From contig JASHNW010000115.1 of assembly GCA_030041435.1 (NCBI GenBank), forward strand, positions 38,921-102,920: a stretch of DNA of 64,000 bases. The letters run 5' to 3'. Below are positions 9,882-20,215 of this stretch, in pieces. The notes below the pieces were generated by a model, which searched no databases, had not been told where the DNA came from, and worked only from the letters and a program-made list of their open reading frames with translations. Within the stretch, counting starts at the first letter, position 1; every line of letters begins with the position of its first letter. The position numbers and the translations under genes were made by a program. The stretch is from Acidobacteriaceae bacterium. Lineage in GTDB: Bacteria > Acidobacteriota > Terriglobia > Terriglobales > Acidobacteriaceae.

Positions 9882-12872
9882 ATGAAACCGGTATCACGCC
9901 GCACCGTTCTCAAGTCCAGCCTCATCGCTCCCGCCGTTGCCGCTGCCGCCGCCCACGGCATGGTGCCCATGAGCGCCGCCATCTCTACCCTGAATCCCGC
10001 ATCGGATCCTGAACCCGAGCCTTTCTCCCCCGGCTCCGGCGCCTCTCCCCTGCCCGGCGCGGGGCGCGAGCGCCTGCTCCTCGACTTCGGCTGGCGCTTC
10101 CACTTCGGCAATGCCAACGACTCCGCTCAGGACTTCGATTACGGCAGCGGCCGCGCCGGCAACTTTCAGAAGACCGGCAATTTTCTCCCCGCCTGTTCCC
10201 TCGCCTTCGACGATGGCGACTGGCGCGCCCTCGACCTGCCTCACGACTGGGCGATCGAGCTGCCCTTCACCAACGACCCGGCGCTGATGAGCAAAGGCTA
10301 CTATCCTCTCGGCCGCAATTACCCCGACAGCAGCGTCGGCTGGTATCGCCGCATCTTCGACGTGCCAGCAGAAGACGCAGGCAAGCGCATCACCATCGAG
10401 TTCGACGGCGCCTACCGCGAGACCATGGTGGTGTGCAACGGCTTCTACATCGGCCGCCACAGCGGCGGATACGACCCCTTCAGTTTCGATCTCACCGACT
10501 TCCTCAACCCCGGCGGCGCCAACGTTCTCCTTGTCCGCGTCGATGCCACGCTCAGCGACGGCTGGTTCTACGAGGGCGCCGGCATCTACCGCCATGTCTG
10601 GCTGGTCAAAACGCACCCGGTGCACGTGAGGAAGTGGGGCGCCTTCGTCTCCGCCACGGTCAGCAATGGCGACGCCGCGCTTGCCATCCGCACCGAAGTC
10701 AGCAACCACAGCAAAGACGCGCAGACCGTGCGCGTCACCTCCACCATCCTCGATCCCTCCGGCAGCGCAGTGGGCAAATCCACCAGCACGGCTGCGGCGA
10801 TTCCCGAAGGCGAAGAAAACACCTTCACCCAGCAGATCTCGGTTCGCCAGCCGCTGCTGTGGTCGCTCGAAGAACGGCACCTCTACAAGCTGGTGACGGA
10901 AGTGAGCGCGGGGGGCGCTGTCCTCGACCGCTGCGAGACTCCTTTCGGCATCCGCACCATCGCGATTGACCCGCAGCAGGGCCTCTTCCTCAACGGCAAA
11001 CACGTCAAGGTCAAAGGCACCTGCAATCATCAGGACCACGCGGGCATTGGGGCGGCTCTCCCCGACGCCGTGCAGTACTACCGCGTTCGCAAGCTGCAGG
11101 AGATGGGCTGCAACGCGCTCCGCACCTCGCACAATCCGCCCACGCCGGAGCTGCTCGACGCATGCGATCGGCTCGGCATGCTGGTCTTCGACGAAACCCG
11201 CATGATGTCCTCCAATCCCGAGGGCATGAGCCAGTTCGCCGATCTGGTTCGCCGCGACCGCAACCGCCCCAGCGTCTTCATGTGGTCCATGGGCAATGAG
11301 GAGCCGGTGGCGAATACCGAGCGCGGCGTCGCGATCCTCTCCGCCATGAAGGCCCTCGCCACCGAACTCGACGGCTCGCGGCCCGTCTCCATCGCGCCCA
11401 CCGGCGCCATCGGCAGCGGCGGCCTCGCCGAGTGCGACGTGGTCGGCTACAACTACATGGACCCCGGCGCGCTCGCATACCACAAAGCCCATCCTGAGAA
11501 ACCGGTCATCGGCACGGAAACGGTGAGCGCCGTCGGCACCCGCGGCATCTACGTCACCGACTACGAGGAGGGCTACGTCGCGTCCTACGACCCCTACACC
11601 ACTACCGGCCGCGCCTCCGCCGAGGGCTGGTGGCGCTTCTGCGACGCGCAGCCGTGGCTCGCCGGGGGCTTTATCTGGACTGGATTCGACTACCGCGGCG
11701 AGCCCTCGCCCGATGAATGGCCCAACATCAGCTCGCAGTACGGCATCATCGACACCTGCGGCTTTCCCAAAGACTCCTTCTTCTACTATCAGTCCTGGTG
11801 GACGCCCAATCCGGTCCTCCACCTCTTCCCGCACTGGAACTGGTCGGGCCTCGAAGGCAAAGAGATCGCCGTCTGGGTCTTCTCCAATCTCGATAAGGTC
11901 GAGCTCTTCGTCAACGGCCAAAGCCTCGGCGCCAAAGACGTCCCCAAAAACTCGCATGTTGCCTGGAACGTGCCGTACGCTCCGGGCGCGATCGAAGCCC
12001 GCGGCTTCAAAGACGGCAAGCTCGCCATGACCACGCGCCGCGAAACCACCGGCTCTCCCTCCAAACTCGTCATGTCCGCCGACCGTACCACCGTTTCCGC
12101 CGACGGCGAAGACGTCGCCATGTTCGCCGTTGCCGTGCAGGATGCCCAGGGCCGTGTCGTCCCCATCACCGACAACCGGGTCACCTTCCGCGTCAGCGGC
12201 GAGGGCAAGCTCATCGGCGTTGGCAACGGCGATCCCACCGACCACGACTCCGACCGAGGCGCGGTGCGCAAGGCCTTCTCCGGATATTGCATGGCCGTCG
12301 TTCAGTCCACGAAGAATGCCGGCAGGCTGACCGTCGAAGCCAATGCGCCCGGTCTCACCTCCGCGACCGTCACCATTCCTTCGAGCGCTGTCACCCTGCG
12401 CCCCCAGATCGCCGCCTGGGAACGTCCTGTCCCTGCCGGGTCCGGCCTCACCGGGCTGTGGCGGCCCGTCTCCATCGCGAGCGAGGCGAACGGCATGCTG
12501 GCGTATTTCATGGGCAATGGCAACTCCGTCTTCACCCTGCATCAGTCGGGCAATACTCTCACCGGAACCATGGAAGGCGGCGGCGGGTACTTCGGCAGCG
12601 ATCAGCCCGTGCCCATTGAGGATGGCCAGGTCAACGGCGCCAACGTCACCTTCAAGGTGGGCAACAGCACGTACTCAGGAAGTATCGAAGGCGGCCAGAT
12701 CGAGCTGCAGCGATCGTTCAATCTCCCCGCGCGCTTCTTCTCCCATCCTGAAGAGCCGGCCGGCCCGCATCCCGCCGTCGGACCGGCGCCGGATGGATCC
12801 GATCCGTCGCGCAACCCGAACTTCCACATGCCGGGGAGCATCCCGGTGGTTCTGCGTCGGGTCCAGCGCTGA
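9882..12872 (+). CDS. glycoside hydrolase family 2 (beta-galactosidase-like) with Tat-type signal and a C-terminal extra domain
   Basis: Start at the ATG at 9882 (AGGAGGAG upstream; the track ORF starts at 9756). Signal MKPVSRRTVLKSSLIAPAVAAAAAHG. GH2 motifs present (..WYRR.F..; NHQDHAG; SHNPPTPELLDACDRLGMLVFDE; WSMGNEE). Confidence 0.85.
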   Translation: MKPVSRRTVLKSSLIAPAVAAAAAHGMVPMSAAISTLNPASDPEPEPFSPGSGASPLPGAGRERLLLDFGWRFHFGNANDSAQDFDYGSGRAGNFQKTGNFLPACSLAFDDGDWRALDLPHDWAIELPFTNDPALMSKGYYPLGRNYPDSSVGWYRRIFDVPAEDAGKRITIEFDGAYRETMVVCNGFYIGRHSGGYDPFSFDLTDFLNPGGANVLLVRVDATLSDGWFYEGAGIYRHVWLVKTHPVHVRKWGAFVSATVSNGDAALAIRTEVSNHSKDAQTVRVTSTILDPSGSAVGKSTSTAAAIPEGEENTFTQQISVRQPLLWSLEERHLYKLVTEVSAGGAVLDRCETPFGIRTIAIDPQQGLFLNGKHVKVKGTCNHQDHAGIGAALPDAVQYYRVRKLQEMGCNALRTSHNPPTPELLDACDRLGMLVFDETRMMSSNPEGMSQFADLVRRDRNRPSVFMWSMGNEEPVANTERGVAILSAMKALATELDGSRPVSIAPTGAIGSGGLAECDVVGYNYMDPGALAYHKAHPEKPVIGTETVSAVGTRGIYVTDYEEGYVASYDPYTTTGRASAEGWWRFCDAQPWLAGGFIWTGFDYRGEPSPDEWPNISSQYGIIDTCGFPKDSFFYYQSWWTPNPVLHLFPHWNWSGLEGKEIAVWVFSNLDKVELFVNGQSLGAKDVPKNSHVAWNVPYAPGAIEARGFKDGKLAMTTRRETTGSPSKLVMSADRTTVSADGEDVAMFAVAVQDAQGRVVPITDNRVTFRVSGEGKLIGVGNGDPTDHDSDRGAVRKAFSGYCMAVVQSTKNAGRLTVEANAPGLTSATVTIPSSAVTLRPQIAAWERPVPAGSGLTGLWRPVSIASEANGMLAYFMGNGNSVFTLHQSGNTLTGTMEGGGGYFGSDQPVPIEDGQVNGANVTFKVGNSTYSGSIEGGQIELQRSFNLPARFFSHPEEPAGPHPAVGPAPDGSDPSRNPNFHMPGSIPVVLRRVQR

Positions 12873-12947
12873 AGCCGTGACGCTTCCACGTCCGCACTGC
12901 TGTTACGATTTCGGAGAGCCGTTCCCAGCGCTGTTTCCCGGCACTCT

Positions 12948-14297
12948 ATGGACCTTTCCATCGTCATTGTGGACGACAATCCCGGCAGCCTCGAGCTGCT
13001 CTCCACGGCGCTCTCCCGCGAGGGCGTCACCATCCATATCGCTTCGCGGCCTGGCGCCGCGCTCGAGCTGGTGCGGCAGGTTCGCCCGGCGCTGGTGCTC
13101 ACCGATCTGGTAATGCCGGAGATGACCGGCCTCGAACTGCTCAGCCGCATCATGGAATTCGCGCCCGCCACCGACGTCGTTCTGATGACCGCGCATTACA
13201 CGACGGAGACCGCCGTCGAAGCCATCCGCAAAGGCGCAGCCGATTATCTCGAAAAGCCGATCCGCCTGCCGGTCCTGCGCGAGCGCATCGGCCGCCTGCT
13301 CGAAGACGCGCGCCGCCGCCAGACGCTCACCGCCGACGATGCCGCCGAGTTCGAAGGCCTCATCGGCCAAAGCCAGCGCATGGCGGAGATGTTCGCGCGC
13401 ATCCGCCGCATCGCGCCCCACTACCGCTCCGCGCTCATCCAGGGCGCCACCGGCACCGGCAAGGATCTCGTCGCGCGCGCCCTGCACGCGCGCAGCGGAG
13501 TCAAAGGCCGCTACGTCGTGCTCAACTGTTCCGCCGTCGTCGAGACCCTCTTCGAGAGCGAGCTCTTCGGCCACGTGCGCGGCGCATTCACCGGCGCCGA
13601 CCGCGACAAGCCAGGCATGTTCGAGGCCGCCAGCGAAGGCACCCTCTTCCTCGACGAAATCGGCGATATGCCCCTGGCCACCCAGGCCAAGCTGCTGCGC
13701 GCCCTGCAGAACCAGGAAATCCAGCGCGTTGGCTCGCTCGAGTCGCGCAAGGTCAACGTGCGCGTCATCGCCGCCACCCACCGCAACCTGCGCCAGGCCG
13801 TCGCCGACCGCCATTTTCGCGAGGACCTCTATTACCGCCTCGCCATGGTTGAGATTCCCGTCCCCACGCTCGCCGAGCACAAAGAAGATCTGCCCCTGCT
13901 CATCCGTCACTTCATCGAGAAATTCGCGCTGCAGTACGGCAAGACGGTTCGCGGCCTCACCCCGCGCGCGCGCCTCGTGCTGGAGCGGCACACCTGGCCC
14001 GGCAACGTGCGCGAACTCGAAAACGCCATCGGCCACGCCTGCATGATGACCGAATCCGAAGAGATCGACGTGGCCGACCTGCCCTCGATGCTCTTCGGCG
14101 AACCCGCGCCGGATGCGCCTGTCGCCCTGGCATCTCCTGGAGCCCCCGAGTCCGACGCCTCGTTCGCCGAGCACGAGCGCCAGCTCGTGTCGAACGCTCT
14201 GGAGCGCGCCAAAGGCAACCAGTCCCAGGCCGCGCGCGCCCTCGGCATCGGCCGCGACGCCCTGCGCTACAAGATGAAGAAGTACGGCTTGCTGTAG
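12948..14297 (+). CDS. sigma54-dependent Fis-family response regulator (NtrC-like enhancer-binding protein)
   Basis: REC domain (IVIVDDNPGS..LVLTDLVMPEMTG), AAA+ sigma54-interaction domain with Walker A GATGTGK and a GAFTGA loop, and a C-terminal Fis HTH (GNQSQAARALGIGRDALRYKMKKYGL). No adjacent sensor kinase. Confidence 0.9.
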   Translation: MDLSIVIVDDNPGSLELLSTALSREGVTIHIASRPGAALELVRQVRPALVLTDLVMPEMTGLELLSRIMEFAPATDVVLMTAHYTTETAVEAIRKGAADYLEKPIRLPVLRERIGRLLEDARRRQTLTADDAAEFEGLIGQSQRMAEMFARIRRIAPHYRSALIQGATGTGKDLVARALHARSGVKGRYVVLNCSAVVETLFESELFGHVRGAFTGADRDKPGMFEAASEGTLFLDEIGDMPLATQAKLLRALQNQEIQRVGSLESRKVNVRVIAATHRNLRQAVADRHFREDLYYRLAMVEIPVPTLAEHKEDLPLLIRHFIEKFALQYGKTVRGLTPRARLVLERHTWPGNVRELENAIGHACMMTESEEIDVADLPSMLFGEPAPDAPVALASPGAPESDASFAEHERQLVSNALERAKGNQSQAARALGIGRDALRYKMKKYGLL

Positions 14298-14569
14298 GGT
14301 GTGTCGATCTGCGGAAGCGCGCAGCGTCGAAACCTCCGAAGAACGTTCTCGATCTTCCCATGGAGGACTGCGCTCTGGTGGTCTTTTGTTCGGCCGTCAG
14401 AAAGGCCAGAGCCAAACATCGGCTGTTTTGTAACCTATTTCAGATGTGGAAGATCGCTCGCATTGTTGATCTTTGAGCTGAAAAGTTCCACCGACGGAAT
14501 CACGGCAAGACAGCTCGTTGCGCCGGCCCTCGAACACCTTCACCCTCTCCGATGAAAACATCTCGATTG

Positions 14570-14584
14570 TCACCATAATGGTGA
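14570..14584. promoter_or_regulatory. 15-bp palindrome upstream of vapB (candidate autoregulatory operator)
   Basis: TCACCAT-A-ATGGTGA is a perfect inverted repeat ending 24 nt before the vapB start. Confidence 0.35.
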
Positions 14585-14608
14585 TAGAATTGGTGTCTGG
14601 AGGGATCT

Positions 14609-14806
14609 ATGAGAGCAACCGTTTCCCTCGACGACGATCTGCTGCGGACTGCCCAGGAATACAGCGGCGTGTCGGAGAGGACAGCTCTTCTTCGGGAAGC
14701 ACTGAAGGCTCTGATTGAGCGTGAGGCCGGCCGCAGGCTCCTGGCTCTGGCCGGAACCATGCCCAATCTCGAGGACGTGCGCCGCCTGCGCGTGGACGAG
14801 CTGTGA
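14609..14806 (+). CDS. vapB: type II antitoxin, VapB-like
   Basis: 65 aa (MRATVSLDDDLLRTAQEYSGVSERTALLREALKALIERE..). Its stop overlaps the start of the downstream PIN gene by 4 nt. Confidence 0.75.
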   Translation: MRATVSLDDDLLRTAQEYSGVSERTALLREALKALIEREAGRRLLALAGTMPNLEDVRRLRVDEL

Positions 14807-15177
14807 TCCTGGCCGATGCGACCATCTGGATTGATTTCTTTCGTCGCGCCGCACACAAAGCGGAGATGGAAAAGCTGATTCACACCCGGCAGCTGGTCAT
14901 GCACCCGTATCTGATTGCCGAGCTTGCCCTCGGATCTCTGCAGGACCGGCTTCGGACGCTCGCCGATTTGGAAAAGCTCCCGCAGGCGCGGGTCGTCACC
15001 CTGAGGGATGTGCGTCACATGATCGAAGCGCGCACCCTGTACTCCAGAGGGATTGGCCTGACCGACGCGCACCTCGCTGCATCCTGCCTGGCAACACCCG
15101 GCACTCTGCTGTGGACTCACGATGTACGGCTGGATAAGGTCGCGGCTGCGCTGGGCATTCGCGCCAACCTGCCCTGA
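14803..15177 (+). CDS. vapC: type II toxin, PIN-domain ribonuclease VapC
   Basis: 124 aa. Conserved acidic residues in PIN context (ILADATIWIDFFR.., ..LTDAHLA..). GTG start overlaps the vapB stop. Confidence 0.85.
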   Translation: MILADATIWIDFFRRAAHKAEMEKLIHTRQLVMHPYLIAELALGSLQDRLRTLADLEKLPQARVVTLRDVRHMIEARTLYSRGIGLTDAHLAASCLATPGTLLWTHDVRLDKVAAALGIRANLP

Positions 15178-15250
15178 CATCGTACATTACCGCGTCATGC
15201 AGCAGTGCTCACCGCCGCGCAGCGCATGCGCGAGCATCGCGCGGTCCCTG

Positions 15251-15655
15251 TCAGTCAGGCTGATCGGCGCCGCTGTTCCCCAGCAGCCGCGCCACCGCCG
15301 CCCGCAGCAAATCCGGCCCCGCCGGTTTCGACAGGTAGTCCGTAAATCCCGCTGCCATGATCTTTTCGCGGTCCCCGCGCATGGCGCTGGCGGTCAGCGC
15401 CAGCACCGGCAGATCGCGAAAGCGCGGATCCACACGCAGCTGCGCCATGACGCCGTAGCCATCCAGCCGCGGCATCTGCAGGTCGAGCAAAATCAGATCG
15501 GGATTTCCGCTGCGCGCCTGCTCCAGCGCGGCCTCGCCGTCTTCGGCTTCGATCACATCGTACCCTGCGCGCTCCAGCACCGTGCGCAACAGCTCGCGGC
15601 TGCTTGGCCGGTCGTCCGCAATCAGGATCAATGCTTTCCGCGGAGGTTTGGACAT
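15251..15655 (-). CDS. single-domain response regulator (REC only)
   Basis: ALILIADDRPSSRELL..PDLILLDLQMPRLDG..ALTASAM..AGFTDYLSKP. Start taken at MSKPPRK (track: 15718). Lies downstream of the histidine kinase on the same strand. Confidence 0.85.
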   Translation of the reverse strand: MSKPPRKALILIADDRPSSRELLRTVLERAGYDVIEAEDGEAALEQARSGNPDLILLDLQMPRLDGYGVMAQLRVDPRFRDLPVLALTASAMRGDREKIMAAGFTDYLSKPAGPDLLRAAVARLLGNSGADQPD

Positions 15656-15741
15656 GCGCGTGTTCCGTTCCGTCGCCTCTGGAAATGCCACTGCTCGCTG
15701 TTCTTCTGCGACTGCCACTGGGTCTGGGGGGAAATCTTCGG

Positions 15742-18471
15742 TTATGGTAGTCCTTCGGCTTGCGGTGTGGGAAGCGTAAAAGCAAACTGGCTTCCCTGCC
15801 CGGGCTTACTCACTACTTCCATCCATCCGCCGTGCATCTGCACCAGCTCCTTGGTAATGGAAAGCCCCAGCCCCGTGCCTTCGCGCACGCCGCTGGTGGT
15901 ATTGCCCACCTGATAGAACTTGTCGAAGATGTTCTCCTGCTCGTCGGCCGAAATGCCGATCCCCGTATCCCCCACCGTGATGCGCACAAAGCCGCTCTGC
16001 TCCAGGGCTTCGATCCACACCTTTCCGCCCTGCGGCGTGAACTTCACTGCGTTGCTCAGCAGGTTGTACAGCATCTCCTTCACGCGCAGCGGATCGGCAT
16101 CCACTTCCACGTCCGCGTTGCCCCGCTCCTCCACCGCAATCCCTTTCAGCGCCGCGCCCGGACGAATGCTGTTCAGCGCCTCCTCGATACTGCGCCGCAG
16201 TGGGTACGTCTCCCGCTTCAGCACCATCTGCCCGGCTTCAATCCTGCTCAGATCCAGAACGTCGTTGATCAGCTCCAGCAAATGTTCTGAGTCGCGATGG
16301 ATATGCCCCAGGAACCGCCGCTGCGCCTCGTTGAGCGGCCCCTCGTGCCCCTCCTGCAGCAGCTCTGCGAAGCCGATGATGGTGTGCAGCGGAGTCCGCA
16401 GCTCGTGGCTCATGCTGGCCAGAAACTCGCTCTTCAGCCGGTTGGCGCGCTCGATCTCGCGGTTCCGCGCCTCCAGTTCCGCGGTGTAAATCTGCTGCAT
16501 CCGGCGCACTTCCTGCTCCGCGCGCTTGCGCTCCGTCACGTCGCGGATCACCGCCGTCACGTGGATTTTGCCTTCCGTCTGGATCGGGCTCAGGCTGATC
16601 TCCACCGGAAACAGCGCCCCGTCGCGCCGCCGAGCGTGCAGTTCGAGGCCGCTGCCCATCGGCCGCGTGCGCGGATGCTCGAGATAGTGGTCGCGGTGCC
16701 GATAATGATCCCGTCGCAATGCGTCAGGCACCAAAACGTCCACGGACTGCCCCAGCAGCTCGTCGCGCGTATAGCCGAACATCTCTTCGGCGATGCGATT
16801 CGCCATCACGATCTCGCCTTCCGCAGAGACCTCCACAATCGCGTCCGGCGCCGCCTCCAGCAACTGGCGGAAGCGCCGCTCCAGACGCGTCTGTTCTTCC
16901 AGCGCCAGCCGCTGCTGCCGTTCCGACAGATCCACGTTCGTCTCCAGCACGTGCGACTGCGCCACCCCCAGCTCGCGAATCCACCGGCTCAGCACCGTCA
17001 CCCGCTGCCCGCTGCGCGTCCCATGCACCAGCTCGCCTTCCCAGTGGCCGTCTGTCTCCAGCCGCCGGGTCACCTCTTCCGGCGGCTCGGAGAAGACTGT
17101 CCCCAGCAGCTCGTGGCTGACGCGACCCTGCGCCTCCGCCGCCGTCCAGCCGTACAGCCGCTCCGCGCCTTTGTTCCAGTAGACGATGCGATCCTGGTGA
17201 TCGCGGACGATGATCGGCTCGTACGCCTGGTCCAGCAGCCGGGCCTGGCGCTGCGACAGCTCCTCACGCTCCTTCTGCTGCGTGATGTCGCGGGCGATCT
17301 TCGATATCCCGATCAGCTTCCCTTCCCCGTCGCGCACCGGCGACAGCGTCACAGACACCACCAGCCGCCGCCCGTCCTTGTGCCGGCGCATCGTCTCGTG
17401 ATGCTCAACCGTTTCTTCGTTGCGCAGCCGCCGCAGCAGCTCGCGCATATCGTCTTCGTAGCCCGGCCACGCCAGCATTACGATCGGCTTCCCGATCGTC
17501 TCCTCCGCCGTGTACCCGAAGATCGCTTCCGCGCCGCGGTTCCACGTTGTAATCAGGCCGTCCAGCGTTTCGCTGATGATGGCGTCGTGCGAAAACTCGA
17601 CGATGGCCGCCAGCCGCAGCCGCGTCTCCTCGGCCTGGCGCCGCGCCGAAATGTCGCGGCTCACGCTGGCAATGCCCAGCAGCTGCCCATACGCCCCAAA
17701 GATCCCGAAGGCGCGCATGTCCACCGTGATCAGCGCGCCGCCGCGCGTGCGCAGGCGAAACTCCCCAATCCACGGATCGCCGCGCAACAGCGCCGGCAAT
17801 ATCTCTGCTCCCACCAGCTCCCGCTGATCCTGGAAGTCGGTTTCAAACACTGGATAGCCGCGCGCCTCCTCGCGCTCGCCCAGTCCCAGCATTTCCCGCC
17901 CGGCGCGATTGATGAAGACTGTCTTCAGCGACGCATCCGTCAGGCTCACGCAGTCGGGCGTGTTCTCCACGATGGCCAGCAGGCGCCGCTGGCTTTCCGC
18001 CGTCTGCTTTTCTTCGGAGATGTCGTGCCAGGCCAGCAGCGCTCCCGCCGGCCGGCCCTCGGCGTCGTGCAGCGGACGCGCCCGCACCGCGATCCAGTAC
18101 CCTTCCTTCGATCCCGGCGGACATACATATTGTTCCGTCTCAACCGTCTGCCCGCGCAGCGCCGCCGCTCCCGGCAGGTCCTTCGCCGGCCACAGCGTGC
18201 GGCGATCCGGCATGTAGATCCCGTACGCGTCGCTCCAGCCCGCCAGCGCCGGCCCAGTCTGCGAGATGCCGTACATCCGCTCCGCCGACGCGTTCACAAA
18301 CTGCACCGATCCGTCCTGCCCCAGCATCACCACAGCCTCGTCGAGGTTGTCGACCAGCGACCGCACGGTGCCCTCGGCGACCGGCGGGCGCGCAGGCCCC
18401 GGTGTCCCACTCACCGGCACAGCAGCCGAGGCTGCCGCCGGCTGCGCCGTCTCGTCCGGACGTCGCTTCAT
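15742..18471 (-). CDS. multi-PAS sensor histidine kinase
   Basis: 909 aa. About five PAS/PAC repeats, then HisKA (FLASMSHELRTPLHTIIGFAELL) and HATPase_c (N, G1 DTGIGI, G2 GTGLGL boxes). Confidence 0.9.
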   Translation of the reverse strand: MKRRPDETAQPAAASAAVPVSGTPGPARPPVAEGTVRSLVDNLDEAVVMLGQDGSVQFVNASAERMYGISQTGPALAGWSDAYGIYMPDRRTLWPAKDLPGAAALRGQTVETEQYVCPPGSKEGYWIAVRARPLHDAEGRPAGALLAWHDISEEKQTAESQRRLLAIVENTPDCVSLTDASLKTVFINRAGREMLGLGEREEARGYPVFETDFQDQRELVGAEILPALLRGDPWIGEFRLRTRGGALITVDMRAFGIFGAYGQLLGIASVSRDISARRQAEETRLRLAAIVEFSHDAIISETLDGLITTWNRGAEAIFGYTAEETIGKPIVMLAWPGYEDDMRELLRRLRNEETVEHHETMRRHKDGRRLVVSVTLSPVRDGEGKLIGISKIARDITQQKEREELSQRQARLLDQAYEPIIVRDHQDRIVYWNKGAERLYGWTAAEAQGRVSHELLGTVFSEPPEEVTRRLETDGHWEGELVHGTRSGQRVTVLSRWIRELGVAQSHVLETNVDLSERQQRLALEEQTRLERRFRQLLEAAPDAIVEVSAEGEIVMANRIAEEMFGYTRDELLGQSVDVLVPDALRRDHYRHRDHYLEHPRTRPMGSGLELHARRRDGALFPVEISLSPIQTEGKIHVTAVIRDVTERKRAEQEVRRMQQIYTAELEARNREIERANRLKSEFLASMSHELRTPLHTIIGFAELLQEGHEGPLNEAQRRFLGHIHRDSEHLLELINDVLDLSRIEAGQMVLKRETYPLRRSIEEALNSIRPGAALKGIAVEERGNADVEVDADPLRVKEMLYNLLSNAVKFTPQGGKVWIEALEQSGFVRITVGDTGIGISADEQENIFDKFYQVGNTTSGVREGTGLGLSITKELVQMHGGWMEVVSKPGQGSQFAFTLPTPQAEGLP

Positions 18472-18748
18472 CGCAATCCTGCCCTTGCGTCGTCAAAATG
18501 CATGGGGTAACAGGATGGGATTGTAACTGCTGTCCGCCCACAAAGCCACCACCGCCCTGGCGCAGGTAACACACGAAAGGGGGCGTACTTTCGCGCAGCT
18601 GCGCCATTTGGCGCAGTCTTTGCGCGACGTTCCCAGCTTTCGGAACCCCTTGAAGTACCAGCAGATTACGTCAGATTGCGCCAAATCGCGGAAATGACGC
18701 AGCTGCACGCCGGCTCCGTCGAGTTGGCAGCCGACGTGCTTTCACAGG

Positions 18749-19183
18749 GTGTTCCCTGAGGTCGTTCAAGTGGAAATCACCCTGCAGCATGTGGAAGGCG
18801 CCCAGTTTGTCGCCGAGGCTCGCCAGCACCGCGTCCTGGTCGACCAGCCGGCTGAAGACGGGGCTACCGACCACGGTATGACTCCCGCTGAGCTTCTGCT
18901 GGTGGCGCTGGGCAGCTGCGTCGGCCAGTACGTTGCCCAGTATCTGAGCCTGCGCGAGCTTCCCACCGAGGGCCTGCTGGTCCGCGTGGAAGCGGAGCGC
19001 ACGGCGCGGCCCCTGCGCCTGAGCGGCTTTCATATTGCCATCATCGCCCCCGGCCTCACCGAGCGCCAGTTGCGCGCCCTCGAGAAGACGCTGCCCTCCG
19101 GCCTCGTCCAGAACGCCGTCCTGCGCGACAATCCCCTCAGCGTCTCCGCCACATCCATGTACAGCGGCGACCTCGCGCCCTGA
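18749..19183 (+). CDS. OsmC/Ohr family protein
   Basis: 144 aa (..GMTPAELLLVALGSCVGQYV.. and the C-terminal half) typical of the OsmC fold. Non-ATG start as in the ORF track. Confidence 0.75.
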   Translation: MFPEVVQVEITLQHVEGAQFVAEARQHRVLVDQPAEDGATDHGMTPAELLLVALGSCVGQYVAQYLSLRELPTEGLLVRVEAERTARPLRLSGFHIAIIAPGLTERQLRALEKTLPSGLVQNAVLRDNPLSVSATSMYSGDLAP

Positions 19184-19212
19184 CCGACCGCCGGTTCTCT
19201 TTCTGCACTGCG

Positions 19213-20127
19213 GTGACACCGGTCACCATCCACCGTGCTATCCATCACCGGCTTCCGTGCACCTTGCCCCTATGCTCCCAACATGGCCGGAAAGAGCCAT
19301 CGCGCTTAGTGTCGTCCGATTCTCCCAACTCGGCCGCTGAAATCCTTTTTGCCACTGACTTTGCCGAGCCTTCCCGGCGCGCTCTCTCCTGCGCCAAACA
19401 AATCGCTCGCCTGCGCAACGCGTCGGTGCGCGTCTTCCACGTCATCGACGTCGCCGGCGCCGACCAGCACTCGTTCTCCGCCGCCCGCGACTCGGCCGAG
19501 CGCCGCCTGCGCGACGTGCGCCGCGAGCTGCGCCTGGCCGGCATCGCCAACACCGCCACGCTCATCACCGGAGGCACCCCAGTCCTGGCCATACAGGCCG
19601 CAGCCGTCAAATACAAGCCCGAGCTGCTCGTCCTCGGTCTCCACGGCGAACGCATGATCCTGGGGCCGTCGCTCGGCGCCACCGTGCTCGGCATCCTGCG
19701 CAAGTCGCGCCTTCCCGTCCTCACCGTCGGAACCAGATCTCCTGAGCACGTTCCCTCCTCGGATCAGGCCGCAGCAGATTTCGCGCGCGTGCTGTTCGTC
19801 ACCGACGTGCTGCGTCCAAGTCTCACCGCCGCGCTGCGAGCCTGGCCCGTCGCCGAGGGGCAACGCGCCCCGCTGCTGGCCGCGCTCCCGCCCAGCCGCG
19901 TCAATCCCAACTTTTCCCTCGGACTGCGCAGGCAGTTTGCTTCGGTCCGCCTGCTGCCCCATGATGAGGCCGCGGAGACCATCCTGAGCGAAATCGCCTC
20001 CGCCCCGTTTCACCTCCTCGTCCTCAGCATCCGCGCCGGCCGCTATCTGGACTCGCTCCTCGCCGGCAGCGTCATCCACACCCTGATCACGCATGCCCCC
20101 TGCCCGGTCCTGACGGTGCGAACGTAG
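19213..20127 (+). CDS. tandem universal stress protein (UspA-like) domains
   Basis: Two Usp-like halves (ILFATDFAEPSRRAL..VRVFHVIDV.. and VLFVTDVLRPS..HAPCPVLTV). The true start is uncertain; an in-frame GTG at 19309 is plausible. Confidence 0.65.
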   Translation: MTPVTIHRAIHHRLPCTLPLCSQHGRKEPSRLVSSDSPNSAAEILFATDFAEPSRRALSCAKQIARLRNASVRVFHVIDVAGADQHSFSAARDSAERRLRDVRRELRLAGIANTATLITGGTPVLAIQAAAVKYKPELLVLGLHGERMILGPSLGATVLGILRKSRLPVLTVGTRSPEHVPSSDQAAADFARVLFVTDVLRPSLTAALRAWPVAEGQRAPLLAALPPSRVNPNFSLGLRRQFASVRLLPHDEAAETILSEIASAPFHLLVLSIRAGRYLDSLLAGSVIHTLITHAPCPVLTVRT

Positions 20128-20191
20128 CGCCGAGGCGGGCGGACAGGGCGCGAAGGAGCGCCGATAAGGTGTCGGGGAACGTGGGAGGGAT

Positions 20192-20215
20192 TGGCAGGCG
20201 AGGCGGGAATCGAAC
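20192..20215 (-). repeat. duplicated 3' end of tRNA-Arg (T-loop to CCA), att-like
   Basis: TGGCAGGCGAGGCGGGAATCGAAC matches 20303-20326 at 23 of 24 positions. There is no T-stem or 5' half, so it is not a tRNA. Confidence 0.6.
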
